Under the pieces are notes generated by a model that was not told the origin of the DNA, made no database searches, and saw only the letters and a program-made list of their open reading frames with translations. A stretch of 64,000 bases of DNA from Holophagaceae bacterium (GTDB lineage: Bacteria; Acidobacteriota; Holophagae; Holophagales; Holophagaceae): contig JANYLR010000015.1 of NCBI GenBank assembly GCA_025363715.1, positions 10,210-74,209 of the forward strand, written 5' to 3'. Positions within the stretch are counted from its first letter, which is position 1; each line of letters opens with the position of its first letter. Of the stretch, positions 55,490 through 64,000 are shown piece by piece. The position numbers and the translations under genes are program-made.

Positions 55490-58400
55490 CTACTTCGTCT
55501 TCACGGGATCCGCCGGGCGCTTCGGGAGGGCCATGGGCCTCTCGGCGATCCGCTTGAGGACCTCCTGGACGCCTCGCTCCAGCTGAAGGTCGTGGCCCGC
55601 GACCATCGACACGGGATCGTTCTCCACTTCGATATCGGGAGTCACGCCCTGGCCTTCGATGATCCACTCGCCGGTCGCCGCGTTGGTTCCGGAGCGCGGC
55701 ACGAAGACACTGCCGCCGTCGATGAGGCCCGAGTTGCCTCCGCCCACGACGCCGCCCCAGGTGCGCTTGCCAATGAGAGGGCCCAGACCCGCAGCGCGGA
55801 AATAGTGAGGGAAGATGTCGCCGTCACTGGCGCTGGTTTCACTGGTAAGCGCCACCAGATGGCCGTGGAACACGGCGCTGGGATAGGTCGAGGGATGCTC
55901 GCCGTCATTGCCGAAGCGAGTGCCCAGCAGCTTCTTACCCAGGCGTTCCAGGATCATCTGGCTGACATTGCCGCCGCCATTGGCGCGGACATCCACCACC
56001 AGGCCTCCCTTGCGGATCTGTGGGTAGTACCACTTGATGAACTCATAGAGCCCTGGGGCGCCCATGTCGGGAATGTGGAGATAGCCCACCCTGCCGCCGC
56101 TGAGCCGGTCGACGGTTTCCTTCGAGCGCAGCACGAAGTCTAAGTAGCGCAGGCTGGCATCGTTGTCGATGGGACGGTAGGTGACCTGCCGGGCGCCCTC
56201 GAAGGCGGGCTTGGCATTCAGCGTCATGGTCACGGAGAAGGTCTTGTGGCGCAGCAGCTGGTAGGGATTGCCGTCCGCCTTCAGCTCCGCGCCGTCGATG
56301 GCGAGGATGTAGTCGCCCTCGTGGGCGTCCACGCCCACTTCCGTGAGAGGGCTGCGGTACTTGGCTTCCTCGTTCTGGCCACGGTAGATGCGGGCGAGGC
56401 GGTACCGGCCGGCGGCGGCATCCAGCTCGATGCGGGCGCCGGGCAGGCCGATCTTGGCGCGTTCGGGCAGCACATAATCGCCACCCTCGGTGTAGGTGTG
56501 GCCGATGTTCAACTCTGAGATCAGCTCGGTCAGCACGTAGGTCAGGTCCGAACGGTGGGTGACATGCTGGAGCCAGGGGCGGTACTGCTCCCGCAGGGCC
56601 TTCCAGTCATAGCCATGCATGTTCTTCACGTAAAAGAAATCCCGGAACCGCCTCCAGGTCTCGTCGTAGACCTCGCGCCATTCTTCCGCGGGGATGCGAT
56701 CCACGAAGAGATCCTTCGTGGCGACGGTCTTCTTTTCCGTGGTCTTCGGCTTCGCCTCGATGAGCTGGTAAGTGGCCGCGGGCCCCTGTCCTACCCTGGC
56801 CAAAACCTTGGTCCCATCCTGGCTGAGGGCCCAACCCTGGACCTCGGCCAGCAGTTCGCTTTCCTGGCGCTTCTTCAGGTCGAAGATCCAGATGCTGCTG
56901 CCCCCGCCGCGCCGGCCGGTGGCTTCCCCGTACACGAAGGGCGCAGCCTTGCTGTAGAGCAGGAAGCCGCGGACGGCCTCCAGCGAGCCCAGGTTGTCGG
57001 CGGGCACGGGCACGCGAGTGCCCCGCTGCTCGAATCCATCCCAGTCGATGCGCACGGCCGGAGCTTTGGGCGCCTCGGCCTTCTTGTCGCCCTCTTCTTT
57101 CTTCTCGAGCGGGGCACCCACTTCGTCGCTCTCCGGGGGAAAGGGATGGGCCACATCCCTGCGCAGGGCGTAGGCGATCACATCCACGTTGCGGTTGCCC
57201 GCGAAATCGAATTCCAGGTTGCTGATCTGGGGCGCGTAGTCGCGGCGGCTGAGGGCGTAGAGGTACTTGCCCTCCGGATCCCAGGCGGGTTCCGTGACGC
57301 TGAACAGATCCCCGGTAAGGCGGCGCAGCCGCTGATCCGCAAGGCCCCATGCATAGAGGCTGCGGATGCCGTTCAGGTTGCCCAGCGAGAAGGCCAGGAA
57401 CTGTCCATCCGCGGACCAGGCCAGATCGCCCGTCCGGCCGAATTCGTCCTTGGCCGCCTTGACGAGCTTCCGGTCGGCCACACTTACCACGTAGACGACG
57501 CCATCCTTGTCGGTGAATGCGACGTGCTTCCCGCCCGGCGCCCAGTTCGGCGCATTGAGCTGGACCGCCAGGCCCGAACTCAGCGCCTCGGGCTTGCCCT
57601 TGCCGTCCTGGTCCACCAGGTAGAGCTGGTCCTCGCCGCTCAGGTCCGAGATGAAAGCGATCTTCTTCCCGTCCGGCGACCAGCGGGCATGCTTGTCATG
57701 GGCGCCGGAGCTGTTCGTGAGGTTGCGCACGGGCCCCTTCTCGATGGGCACCGTGAAGACATCGCCCCGGGCCACGAAGAGGGCCCGCTCGCCCTTGGGC
57801 GACAGGGCGAAGTCCTCGATGTTCTTCTCGACGCTGATGCGCGTCGGCCGCGAGGCGCCGCCATCCGTGGGCACCGTGATGGAGATGCTCCGGTCGCTGC
57901 CATCCTGCACGTTGAAGATGCGCAACTCGCCGTTCAGCTCGTACACGATGCGCGCTTGATGGTCACTGGAAGGCCAGCGCACATCCCAGGTCTTCTGGAA
58001 GGTCCGCTGCTTCACGGCGTCCGTGGCGGGATCCACCGCGTACAAATTCAGTGTGCCGTCGCGGTCCGAAGCAAAGTACACCTTGTCGCCGATCCACATG
58101 GGATCCCGCTCTGTGCGAGGGCTGGCGGCGACCTTCTTCTGCTGATGCGTGGCCAGGTCAAAGACATAGAGATCCTGGGCCCAGCCGCCCTGGTAGCGCT
58201 TCCAGTGGCGGAAGTCGCGGAACATGGGCGCGTAGGCGATGCGCTTGCCATCGGGTGAGTAGGAGCCGGGCCCAGCGGTGGGCATGGGCAGCTTCTTCGG
58301 CAGGCCGCCATTGAGACTCACGGTGTAGAGCGCTGTGCGGCTGAGGACGCCGTCGGCATCCATGGCCGCCCGGAACAGCACGCTCGACCCATCCGGCGTC

Positions 58401-58774
58401 CAGCCCACCACTTGATGGTCGTAGCCGCCCCGCGGCGGGAGCGGGCCCACGGCTGGATCAAAGGTGAGCTGACGGGGAATGCCACCCCCGCTGGGCATCA
58501 CGTAGACCTGTTCGTCGCCGTCGTACTGGCCGGTGAAGGCGATCCACTTGCCATCGGGGCTGAACTTCGCGAAGAGTTCCAGGCCCGGGTGGGCCGTCAG
58601 CCGCGTGGCGGCGCCGCCGTTGGCCGAGGCGGACCAGAGGTCGCCGCCGTGGGTGAAGACCACTTTGTCCCCACAGATATCGGGGAAGCGGAGCAGCTTG
58701 GTCTGGGCCTGCAACGCGCCGCCCAGGGCGAGCGCGAGAGCCAGGCAACGGATGAGAACGGCGGGTCCGGGCAT
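55490..58774 (-). CDS. Tricorn-like S41 protease (PD40 propellers, PDZ)
   Basis: LLRFPDI, FSPDGK.IAF, ELN.GH.Y, D.R.NGGG.V, SDGD.F..YF...GLG..IG.RTWGG.VG, GV.PDIEV. Confidence 0.93.
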   Translation of the reverse strand: MPGPAVLIRCLALALALGGALQAQTKLLRFPDICGDKVVFTHGGDLWSASANGGAATRLTAHPGLELFAKFSPDGKWIAFTGQYDGDEQVYVMPSGGGIPRQLTFDPAVGPLPPRGGYDHQVVGWTPDGSSVLFRAAMDADGVLSRTALYTVSLNGGLPKKLPMPTAGPGSYSPDGKRIAYAPMFRDFRHWKRYQGGWAQDLYVFDLATHQQKKVAASPRTERDPMWIGDKVYFASDRDGTLNLYAVDPATDAVKQRTFQKTWDVRWPSSDHQARIVYELNGELRIFNVQDGSDRSISITVPTDGGASRPTRISVEKNIEDFALSPKGERALFVARGDVFTVPIEKGPVRNLTNSSGAHDKHARWSPDGKKIAFISDLSGEDQLYLVDQDGKGKPEALSSGLAVQLNAPNWAPGGKHVAFTDKDGVVYVVSVADRKLVKAAKDEFGRTGDLAWSADGQFLAFSLGNLNGIRSLYAWGLADQRLRRLTGDLFSVTEPAWDPEGKYLYALSRRDYAPQISNLEFDFAGNRNVDVIAYALRRDVAHPFPPESDEVGAPLEKKEEGDKKAEAPKAPAVRIDWDGFEQRGTRVPVPADNLGSLEAVRGFLLYSKAAPFVYGEATGRRGGGSSIWIFDLKKRQESELLAEVQGWALSQDGTKVLARVGQGPAATYQLIEAKPKTTEKKTVATKDLFVDRIPAEEWREVYDETWRRFRDFFYVKNMHGYDWKALREQYRPWLQHVTHRSDLTYVLTELISELNIGHTYTEGGDYVLPERAKIGLPGARIELDAAAGRYRLARIYRGQNEEAKYRSPLTEVGVDAHEGDYILAIDGAELKADGNPYQLLRHKTFSVTMTLNAKPAFEGARQVTYRPIDNDASLRYLDFVLRSKETVDRLSGGRVGYLHIPDMGAPGLYEFIKWYYPQIRKGGLVVDVRANGGGNVSQMILERLGKKLLGTRFGNDGEHPSTYPSAVFHGHLVALTSETSASDGDIFPHYFRAAGLGPLIGKRTWGGVVGGGNSGLIDGGSVFVPRSGTNAATGEWIIEGQGVTPDIEVENDPVSMVAGHDLQLERGVQEVLKRIAERPMALPKRPADPVKTK

Positions 58775-58889
58775 GGGAACCTCTGGGGTGGGAAACTCTA
58801 GCATTGTAATGCGAGGTAGGCTGGTCCCCACCACGAATATCGTTCGGCTCCATGGCGAGCCCCAGCCAAGATCCGTTAGCCTGATGGTC

Positions 58890-59669
58890 ATGAAAATTCT
58901 ATGGCCCTTCTCCCTTTCGCTGGCCCTTGGCCTCCAGGCGCAAGAGGTCCCCTTCGAGGTGAACCCCAACCGGCCCACCTTCGCCACCCCGGCTTCCACC
59001 ACGCAGCCCGGCGTCGCCGAGCTGGAATGGGGCCTCCAGCGCAGCACCTTCCGCGATGACAGCACCAGCTTCGCCACGCCCACCCTGCTGAAGCTCGGCC
59101 TGATCAAGGACCTGGAAGTCCGGCTGGCGGCGCCGGTCTATTTGCGCCTGGCTCCCACGGATGCGCCCGCGGTTTCAGGCATGGGGGACTTCAACCTGGG
59201 GGTGCAGTGGTGCTACCTCCACGACGGCTTGTTCGGCATGGACCAGGCCATCCAGGTCGCCCACACCTTCCCCACGGCGTCGGCGAGCCAGGGCCTGGGC
59301 AACGGCGCACCCATCGATACCCTCACCCTGATTTTCAGCAAGGACGTGGGCCCCTACCACGTCGACGTGAACCTGCTGGAGTCCTGGATCGGGCTCACGC
59401 CGGATGCAGGCGGCGGCCGCGCCACCCAAACAGCGGGCACAGTCTGCATCACGCGCAGCCTCAGCGACCAGTGGTCCATCACCGGCGAACTGTACGGCCT
59501 CCAGGCCACGTCCTTGAATGACCGGATCCTTTCGAACCTGTGGTGCGTGGCCTACAAGGCGTCCAAGCGGCTGGTGGTGGATGGGGGCGTGGACATCGGG
59601 CTGACTCACGGGGCGCCCCGGTACACGGTCTTCGCGGGCCTTACGGTCGGGCTGGCGCGCTTCCACTAG
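58890..59669 (+). CDS. Outer-membrane beta-barrel 'transporter' (MetA/SphA-like)
   Basis: Signal peptide; NPNRP..ATPA; G.GD..LG..W; PT; C-terminal F.GLT. Confidence 0.7.
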   Translation: MKILWPFSLSLALGLQAQEVPFEVNPNRPTFATPASTTQPGVAELEWGLQRSTFRDDSTSFATPTLLKLGLIKDLEVRLAAPVYLRLAPTDAPAVSGMGDFNLGVQWCYLHDGLFGMDQAIQVAHTFPTASASQGLGNGAPIDTLTLIFSKDVGPYHVDVNLLESWIGLTPDAGGGRATQTAGTVCITRSLSDQWSITGELYGLQATSLNDRILSNLWCVAYKASKRLVVDGGVDIGLTHGAPRYTVFAGLTVGLARFH

Positions 59670-60015
59670 GGTCGGTCTTCAGAATGGGGTGAGGCCGCGC
59701 AAGGGGCGCCGCCCAAGCGAGACAAGGAAAGCGACGATGGCAATAGCGGCACTATTGACGAGGAGCTTGACGCGGTATCGCGCCGGGCGCCGCCCCTTGC
59801 CCTTCGGGACGCGACCAGCCGCACCCCCAGCTGCGTTGGCGGCCTTGGCTCGGGCCTGCAACCCTCGGGGCTGCGCCCCCGCCAGCGGCTACGCCGATGC
59901 GGCCCTATTCGCTTTGCGAATGGTGAACGATGTCCCGCATCGCCCTGCGGCCACCGCCTTACCGGAGGCACAGTTGGCCGACGTCGCGGCCCGCATCCAT
60001 TCTGCAGACAGGCCC
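59669..60015. mobile_element. MITE-like non-autonomous element (~347 bp)
   Basis: Terminal IRs GGGTCGGTCTTCAGAATGG / CCATTCTGCAGACAGGCCC (16 of 19 match), flanked by TA on both sides; internal hairpins; no transposase. Confidence 0.65.
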
Positions 60016-60020
60016 TAACC

Positions 60021-61337
60021 ATGACCGATCCGGCCCCCCTTTCCGTCAAACGCCTGCTGGAACAGATCAAGGCCCGGCTGGAACCTTCCTTCGCCGCCGT
60101 GTGCGTGGTGGGCGAGGTGTCGAACTTCCGGGGCTCGGGCAAGCACTGGTACTTCACGCTGAAGGAGGAAGGCGCGGCCCTCTCCTGTGCCGTGTGGGCC
60201 AGCCAGCAGCGCCTCCTCCAGCACCGCCCGGCGGATGGCCAGCGGGTGGTGCTGAAGGGCAGCCTGAACCTCTATGTGGCGGGTGGCACGCTCACCCTGG
60301 CCGTCACCCACTGCGAACCCGCGGGCGTGGGCGATCTGCAGGCGCGCCTGCGCCAGCTGGAGGCGGAGCTGCGCGGCCAGGGCCTCTTCGATCGCCCCAG
60401 GCGTCCCCTGCCCCGCTTTCCGAAGAAGCTGGGCGTGGTGGCGGCTATCGGCGGCGCGGCCCTGCGCGATGTGCTGGAGGTGATGGACCGGCGCGCGCCG
60501 GGCATCGACGTACTCATCGCGCCCGCGGCCGCCCAGGGCGAGCGCTGCGTGCCCGAGAACCTGCTGGCCATCCAGGAGCTCCAGGATCCGCACTGGGGTT
60601 GCGAGGCCCTGCTGCTGGTGCGGGGCGGTGGCAGCCTGGAGGATCTGTGGGCCTTCAATGATCCGGAGCTGGTGCGGGCGGTGGCGGATTGCCGCATTCC
60701 CGTCATCACCGGCGTGGGCCATGAGATCGACACCACCCTGGTGGATCTCGCGGCGGACCGCCGAGCCGCCACCCCCAGCCAGGCGGCGGAGCTGGCCACG
60801 CCGGATCGCGGGGCCCTGGGCACGGACCTGCACCGGCGGGATGAGGCGCTCCGTGCCAAGATGCTCTGGCGGCTGCGGGGCCTGGAGACCACCCTCAACC
60901 TGCTCGTGGACCATGGCCTGAACCGGGCGGAACCCCTGGCCTCCCCGGCGGCCCGGTGGGCCTCCCTGGCCCAGCGCCTGGCGATGGTCCATCCCAGCCG
61001 GAGCCTGGATGGCGCCGGTGCCCGGATGGCCCTGCTGCGGCAGAGGCTGGCCCATGCCGCTTCGCTAGCCTCGGGCGAGCTGGATCGACCCCGGGTGGCG
61101 GATGCGCAACGGCGGCTGAGCCCGGCGGCCCTGCGGGCCATCCAGGGGCGGGCGCATCGCCTGGCGGTGCTGGCGGAGCGGCTCCAGGGCCTGGATCCCA
61201 CCGGTCCCCTGCACCGTGGCTTCGTGCTGGCCCTCGGACCGGATGGCAGGCCCGTGACCAGCGCCGCCGCCCTGCCCACCGGGACCGGCCTGCGCCTGCG
61301 CTGGCAGGATGGCGAACGGCGGGCCACCCTCGACTGA
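60021..61337 (+). CDS. xseA: Exodeoxyribonuclease VII large subunit
   Basis: GEVSNF...HWYFTLK, GAALRD, RGGGSLEDLWAFN, PVITGVGHE.D.TL.D..AD.RAATPS.AAE. Confidence 0.95.
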   Translation: MTDPAPLSVKRLLEQIKARLEPSFAAVCVVGEVSNFRGSGKHWYFTLKEEGAALSCAVWASQQRLLQHRPADGQRVVLKGSLNLYVAGGTLTLAVTHCEPAGVGDLQARLRQLEAELRGQGLFDRPRRPLPRFPKKLGVVAAIGGAALRDVLEVMDRRAPGIDVLIAPAAAQGERCVPENLLAIQELQDPHWGCEALLLVRGGGSLEDLWAFNDPELVRAVADCRIPVITGVGHEIDTTLVDLAADRRAATPSQAAELATPDRGALGTDLHRRDEALRAKMLWRLRGLETTLNLLVDHGLNRAEPLASPAARWASLAQRLAMVHPSRSLDGAGARMALLRQRLAHAASLASGELDRPRVADAQRRLSPAALRAIQGRAHRLAVLAERLQGLDPTGPLHRGFVLALGPDGRPVTSAAALPTGTGLRLRWQDGERRATLD

Positions 61338-61423
61338 CCTCCTCCGGATGAACCCAAAAAAGGGCTCGTCCTTCGGGTAGGCCGGGTTTGCCGTGCTAAT
61401 GTAAAAAAAAATATTGGTGCGAA

Positions 61424-64000
61424 ATGTCCAACGACGACCAGTCAGCCTCCTCACGGCCTTCGGGCCGGCGGATGCTTGAGCCGGGCACCCAGATCGGACG
61501 ATTCAGGGTGGAGGCCCTGCTGGGCAGCGGCGGCATGGGGGAGGTCTACCGGGCCTGGGATGCCACCCTGGAGCGGAGCGTCGCCCTGAAGGCCCTCCGG
61601 TCGGGGGAAGACCGGGAGGCCTCGGCGCCCGAACGCTTCCGCCGCGAGGCCCTGGCCCTGGCCCAGCTCAATCATCCGAACGTTTGTCAGGTCCATGACT
61701 GGGTGGATGGCCCCAGTGGCACCTTCATCGCCATGGAGCTGGTGGAGGGACGCACTTTGGACCAGGCCGCGCCGGAGCTCAAGGTCCGGGAGAAGCTCCT
61801 GGTCATCCGGTCCGTCGCCCAGGCACTGGAAGCCGCCCATGGGAAAGGGCTCGTCCACCGCGATCTCAAGCCCGGCAACATCATGGTCGCGCCGGGGGAG
61901 GGGGAGCATGGCCCCCGGGTGAAGGTACTCGATTTCGGACTGGCCAAGCTCGTGGATCCCCACGCTTCTGGAGAAGTCCAGGTCACGCCCGCGGCGGTGC
62001 CGAACCTGGCCCTCCTGGTGGCCCTGGAGGAAGCCGAACGGAGGCGGAAGCCGAAGACCGAGGAAACGGCGGCCTTCCGCTCCGAGGGTCCGGGGCAGGA
62101 ACCGTCCTCAGCAGCCAACAGCTGGGAGCGGCTCACCCAGGTCGGCACCTTCATGGGCAGCCCGAGCTATGCGTCACCGGAGCAGATCCAGGGGCAGGCG
62201 GCGGGTCCTTCCAGCGATATCTTCTCCCTCGGCATCGTGGCCTGGGAACTCCTCGCCGGTGAACACCCCTTCCCCGGTGAAGGCCGCGCCCGGATGCGGG
62301 CCATCGTCGATGGCTCCCGTCGCGATTTGAAAGTCCGCGGCCTGCCTTCGGGCACCTCCGAACTGCTGCGCGCCATGCTGGAAGCCCACCCGTTCAAGCG
62401 GCCCACCGCCGCCAGAGTGTCCGCGAATCTGGCCAAGCTGACCCGGCCCCGAAGCCTGCTCCGCTGGACGGCGATCTCCGTGGCGGCCGCCCTCCCGCTG
62501 GCGGTTGCCCTCAACTGGTTCCTGAGCCGCGGCATCATCGCCGATCTCACCCGCAGCCGGCCGGCGCGGCTGGTCGTGCTGCCCTTCCTCAACCAGACCA
62601 ACGATCCGCGGCTGGATCCGTACCTGCGCCTTATCCTTCCGGAAATGATCGAGTCCGCCCTGCGGGAACATCCCAAGCTGGCCCCCATCGATCTGGAAAC
62701 GCTGGCCAAGGCCCGGAGCAGCCTCCACATGGCTGCGGAGGGTCCCCTCAGCGAGGCGGACCAGGCCCGGCTGGCGTCTGCCCTTGGCACCCAGCTCCTG
62801 CTCCGAGGCACGCTGAACAAGGGTACGGGCGAGGCCGTCGTCCTGGCCTATGAGCTGGTGGATGCCCGCGGCAAGATCCGCCAGTCCGGCGAGGCCCGGG
62901 ATGCCAGCGATCACACGGATGTCTCCCTGCCCTTGGCGCGGAAAGTCGCCAGCGATCTGATCAAGGCAGTGGATCCCTTCGCCTCTAGATCCCGCGACCT
63001 CCTTCCGGACGTCCCTCCCAAGGCCCTCAGCGCCTATGCCCGGGGCAGCGAGCTGGTGCAGCGCGGCGCCTTCAAGGAAGCCGCACCCGCCTTCCAGGAA
63101 GCCACCCAGCTGGCCCCCGATTTCGCGCCGGCCGTGCTGGGGTATGCCCGCTGTCTCAGCCACTTGACGGATCTGCCCCCGGAACCGGTCTTCCAGTGGG
63201 CCCGGTGGGCGGCGCGGGCACAAGGGAACCGGGTCTATGAGATGAGGGCCCTCCACCATTTGGCCATCCGCTATGAAGAGCGGGGACTGAGGGATCTCTC
63301 CACCCGCGCGGCCCAGGAGGCCCTGGACCTGGCGCGAACCTACGGTGGCGCCTCCTTCGAGGGCGGTGTCCACGCGACCCTCGGCGTCAACCTCCGGCAC
63401 CAGCACAAGACGGCTGAAGCAGAGGTCGAATTCCAGAAGGCCCTGGGGTTGTTCCAATCCGTGGACGACAAACTCGAAGCCACCCGGACCTTGAACAACC
63501 TGGCAGTAACCGAGCGGGAACGCGGCAACCTGAAAGGGGCCGAGGCCCGCTACCTGGGCGCCCTGCAGACCGTCCGGGACTACGGTGATCAGTGGGGGGA
63601 AGCCATCATCACCAACAACCTGGGCGATCTGGCCCTGGCCCAGGAAGGCGGCCTGGACCGGGCCGAAGGCTTCTTCCGGAAGGCCCAGTCACTCCGCGAG
63701 GCCATCGGTGATCAGAAAGGTCTGGTCTACACCATCATGGGTCTGGCCAGCGTGGCCCAGGCCCGGGGCGACCTGGACCGGGCGGAAGGTCTGGTGCGCC
63801 AGTTCCTCGACCGGGCCCGCAGGACCGGCCTGCAGCCCATGGAAGCCCTCGCCTTGTACAATCTGGGCGAACTGAACCGCACCGCCACCCGGTACGAGCT
63901 CGCGCGCGGCTTCTACCGCCAGTCCCTGGCCCGCCATCAGGATCTCAAGGATGCGGTCATGGAGGCCCACTGCCTCGCGGGGGAGGCGGAATGCCTGGCT
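61424..64000 (+). CDS. Ser/Thr protein kinase with TM segment, TolB-like N region and TPRs; runs off the window end (absent from the ORF track)
   Basis: Open frame from ATG 61424: LLGSGGMGEVYRAWD, VALK, HRDLKPGN, VKVLDFGLAK, GSPSYASPEQ, followed by NNLG/YNLG TPR repeats. Confidence 0.9.
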   Translation, partial: MSNDDQSASSRPSGRRMLEPGTQIGRFRVEALLGSGGMGEVYRAWDATLERSVALKALRSGEDREASAPERFRREALALAQLNHPNVCQVHDWVDGPSGTFIAMELVEGRTLDQAAPELKVREKLLVIRSVAQALEAAHGKGLVHRDLKPGNIMVAPGEGEHGPRVKVLDFGLAKLVDPHASGEVQVTPAAVPNLALLVALEEAERRRKPKTEETAAFRSEGPGQEPSSAANSWERLTQVGTFMGSPSYASPEQIQGQAAGPSSDIFSLGIVAWELLAGEHPFPGEGRARMRAIVDGSRRDLKVRGLPSGTSELLRAMLEAHPFKRPTAARVSANLAKLTRPRSLLRWTAISVAAALPLAVALNWFLSRGIIADLTRSRPARLVVLPFLNQTNDPRLDPYLRLILPEMIESALREHPKLAPIDLETLAKARSSLHMAAEGPLSEADQARLASALGTQLLLRGTLNKGTGEAVVLAYELVDARGKIRQSGEARDASDHTDVSLPLARKVASDLIKAVDPFASRSRDLLPDVPPKALSAYARGSELVQRGAFKEAAPAFQEATQLAPDFAPAVLGYARCLSHLTDLPPEPVFQWARWAARAQGNRVYEMRALHHLAIRYEERGLRDLSTRAAQEALDLARTYGGASFEGGVHATLGVNLRHQHKTAEAEVEFQKALGLFQSVDDKLEATRTLNNLAVTERERGNLKGAEARYLGALQTVRDYGDQWGEAIITNNLGDLALAQEGGLDRAEGFFRKAQSLREAIGDQKGLVYTIMGLASVAQARGDLDRAEGLVRQFLDRARRTGLQPMEALALYNLGELNRTATRYELARGFYRQSLARHQDLKDAVMEAHCLAGEAECLA

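Noticed and set aside
61345-61400. c-di-GMP-I riboswitch-like GGCAAAC...GGACG on the minus strand
   Set aside because: Lacks the GAAA tetraloop stem and the GCAAAGC continuation, and points into the 3' end of xseA.

Overview
GC-rich bacterial chromosomal window. The gene mix (Hanks-type kinases with TPRs, S46/S41 peptidases, many lipoproteins) suggests Acidobacteriota, possibly Holophagaceae/Geothrix-like; this is inference only. In order: a partial GGDEF gene; a carbon-nitrogen hydrolase; a small integron-like cassette array (two intact and two decayed attC sites plus an attI-like site, no integrase in the window) sitting between the arms of an inverted repeat; a Tat-signal aldo/keto reductase; a Ser/Thr kinase; a ~9 kb run of secreted/lipoprotein genes including a collagen + S74-chaperone fibre; a MocR regulator; tandem S46 peptidases; a metal-uptake/ferritin locus with Fur-type boxes; a MacAB-like exporter; OsmC, radical SAM, carbonic anhydrase and a decarboxylase; proBA; an aminotransferase and a GCS2-ligase/M20-hydrolase fusion; a glycolate/glyoxylate cluster; a tricorn protease; a MITE; xseA; and a second, partial kinase. 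The most notable observations are (1) a proline-codon leader-peptide attenuator upstream of proBA, (2) a family of 9-10 bp-periodic inverted-repeat elements that can carry cargo, including the cassette array, (3) the ligase-hydrolase fusion, and (4) the non-phage secreted fibre module. Start codons were adjusted from the ORF track where an RBS or signal peptide pointed to a better start. No database searches were run.
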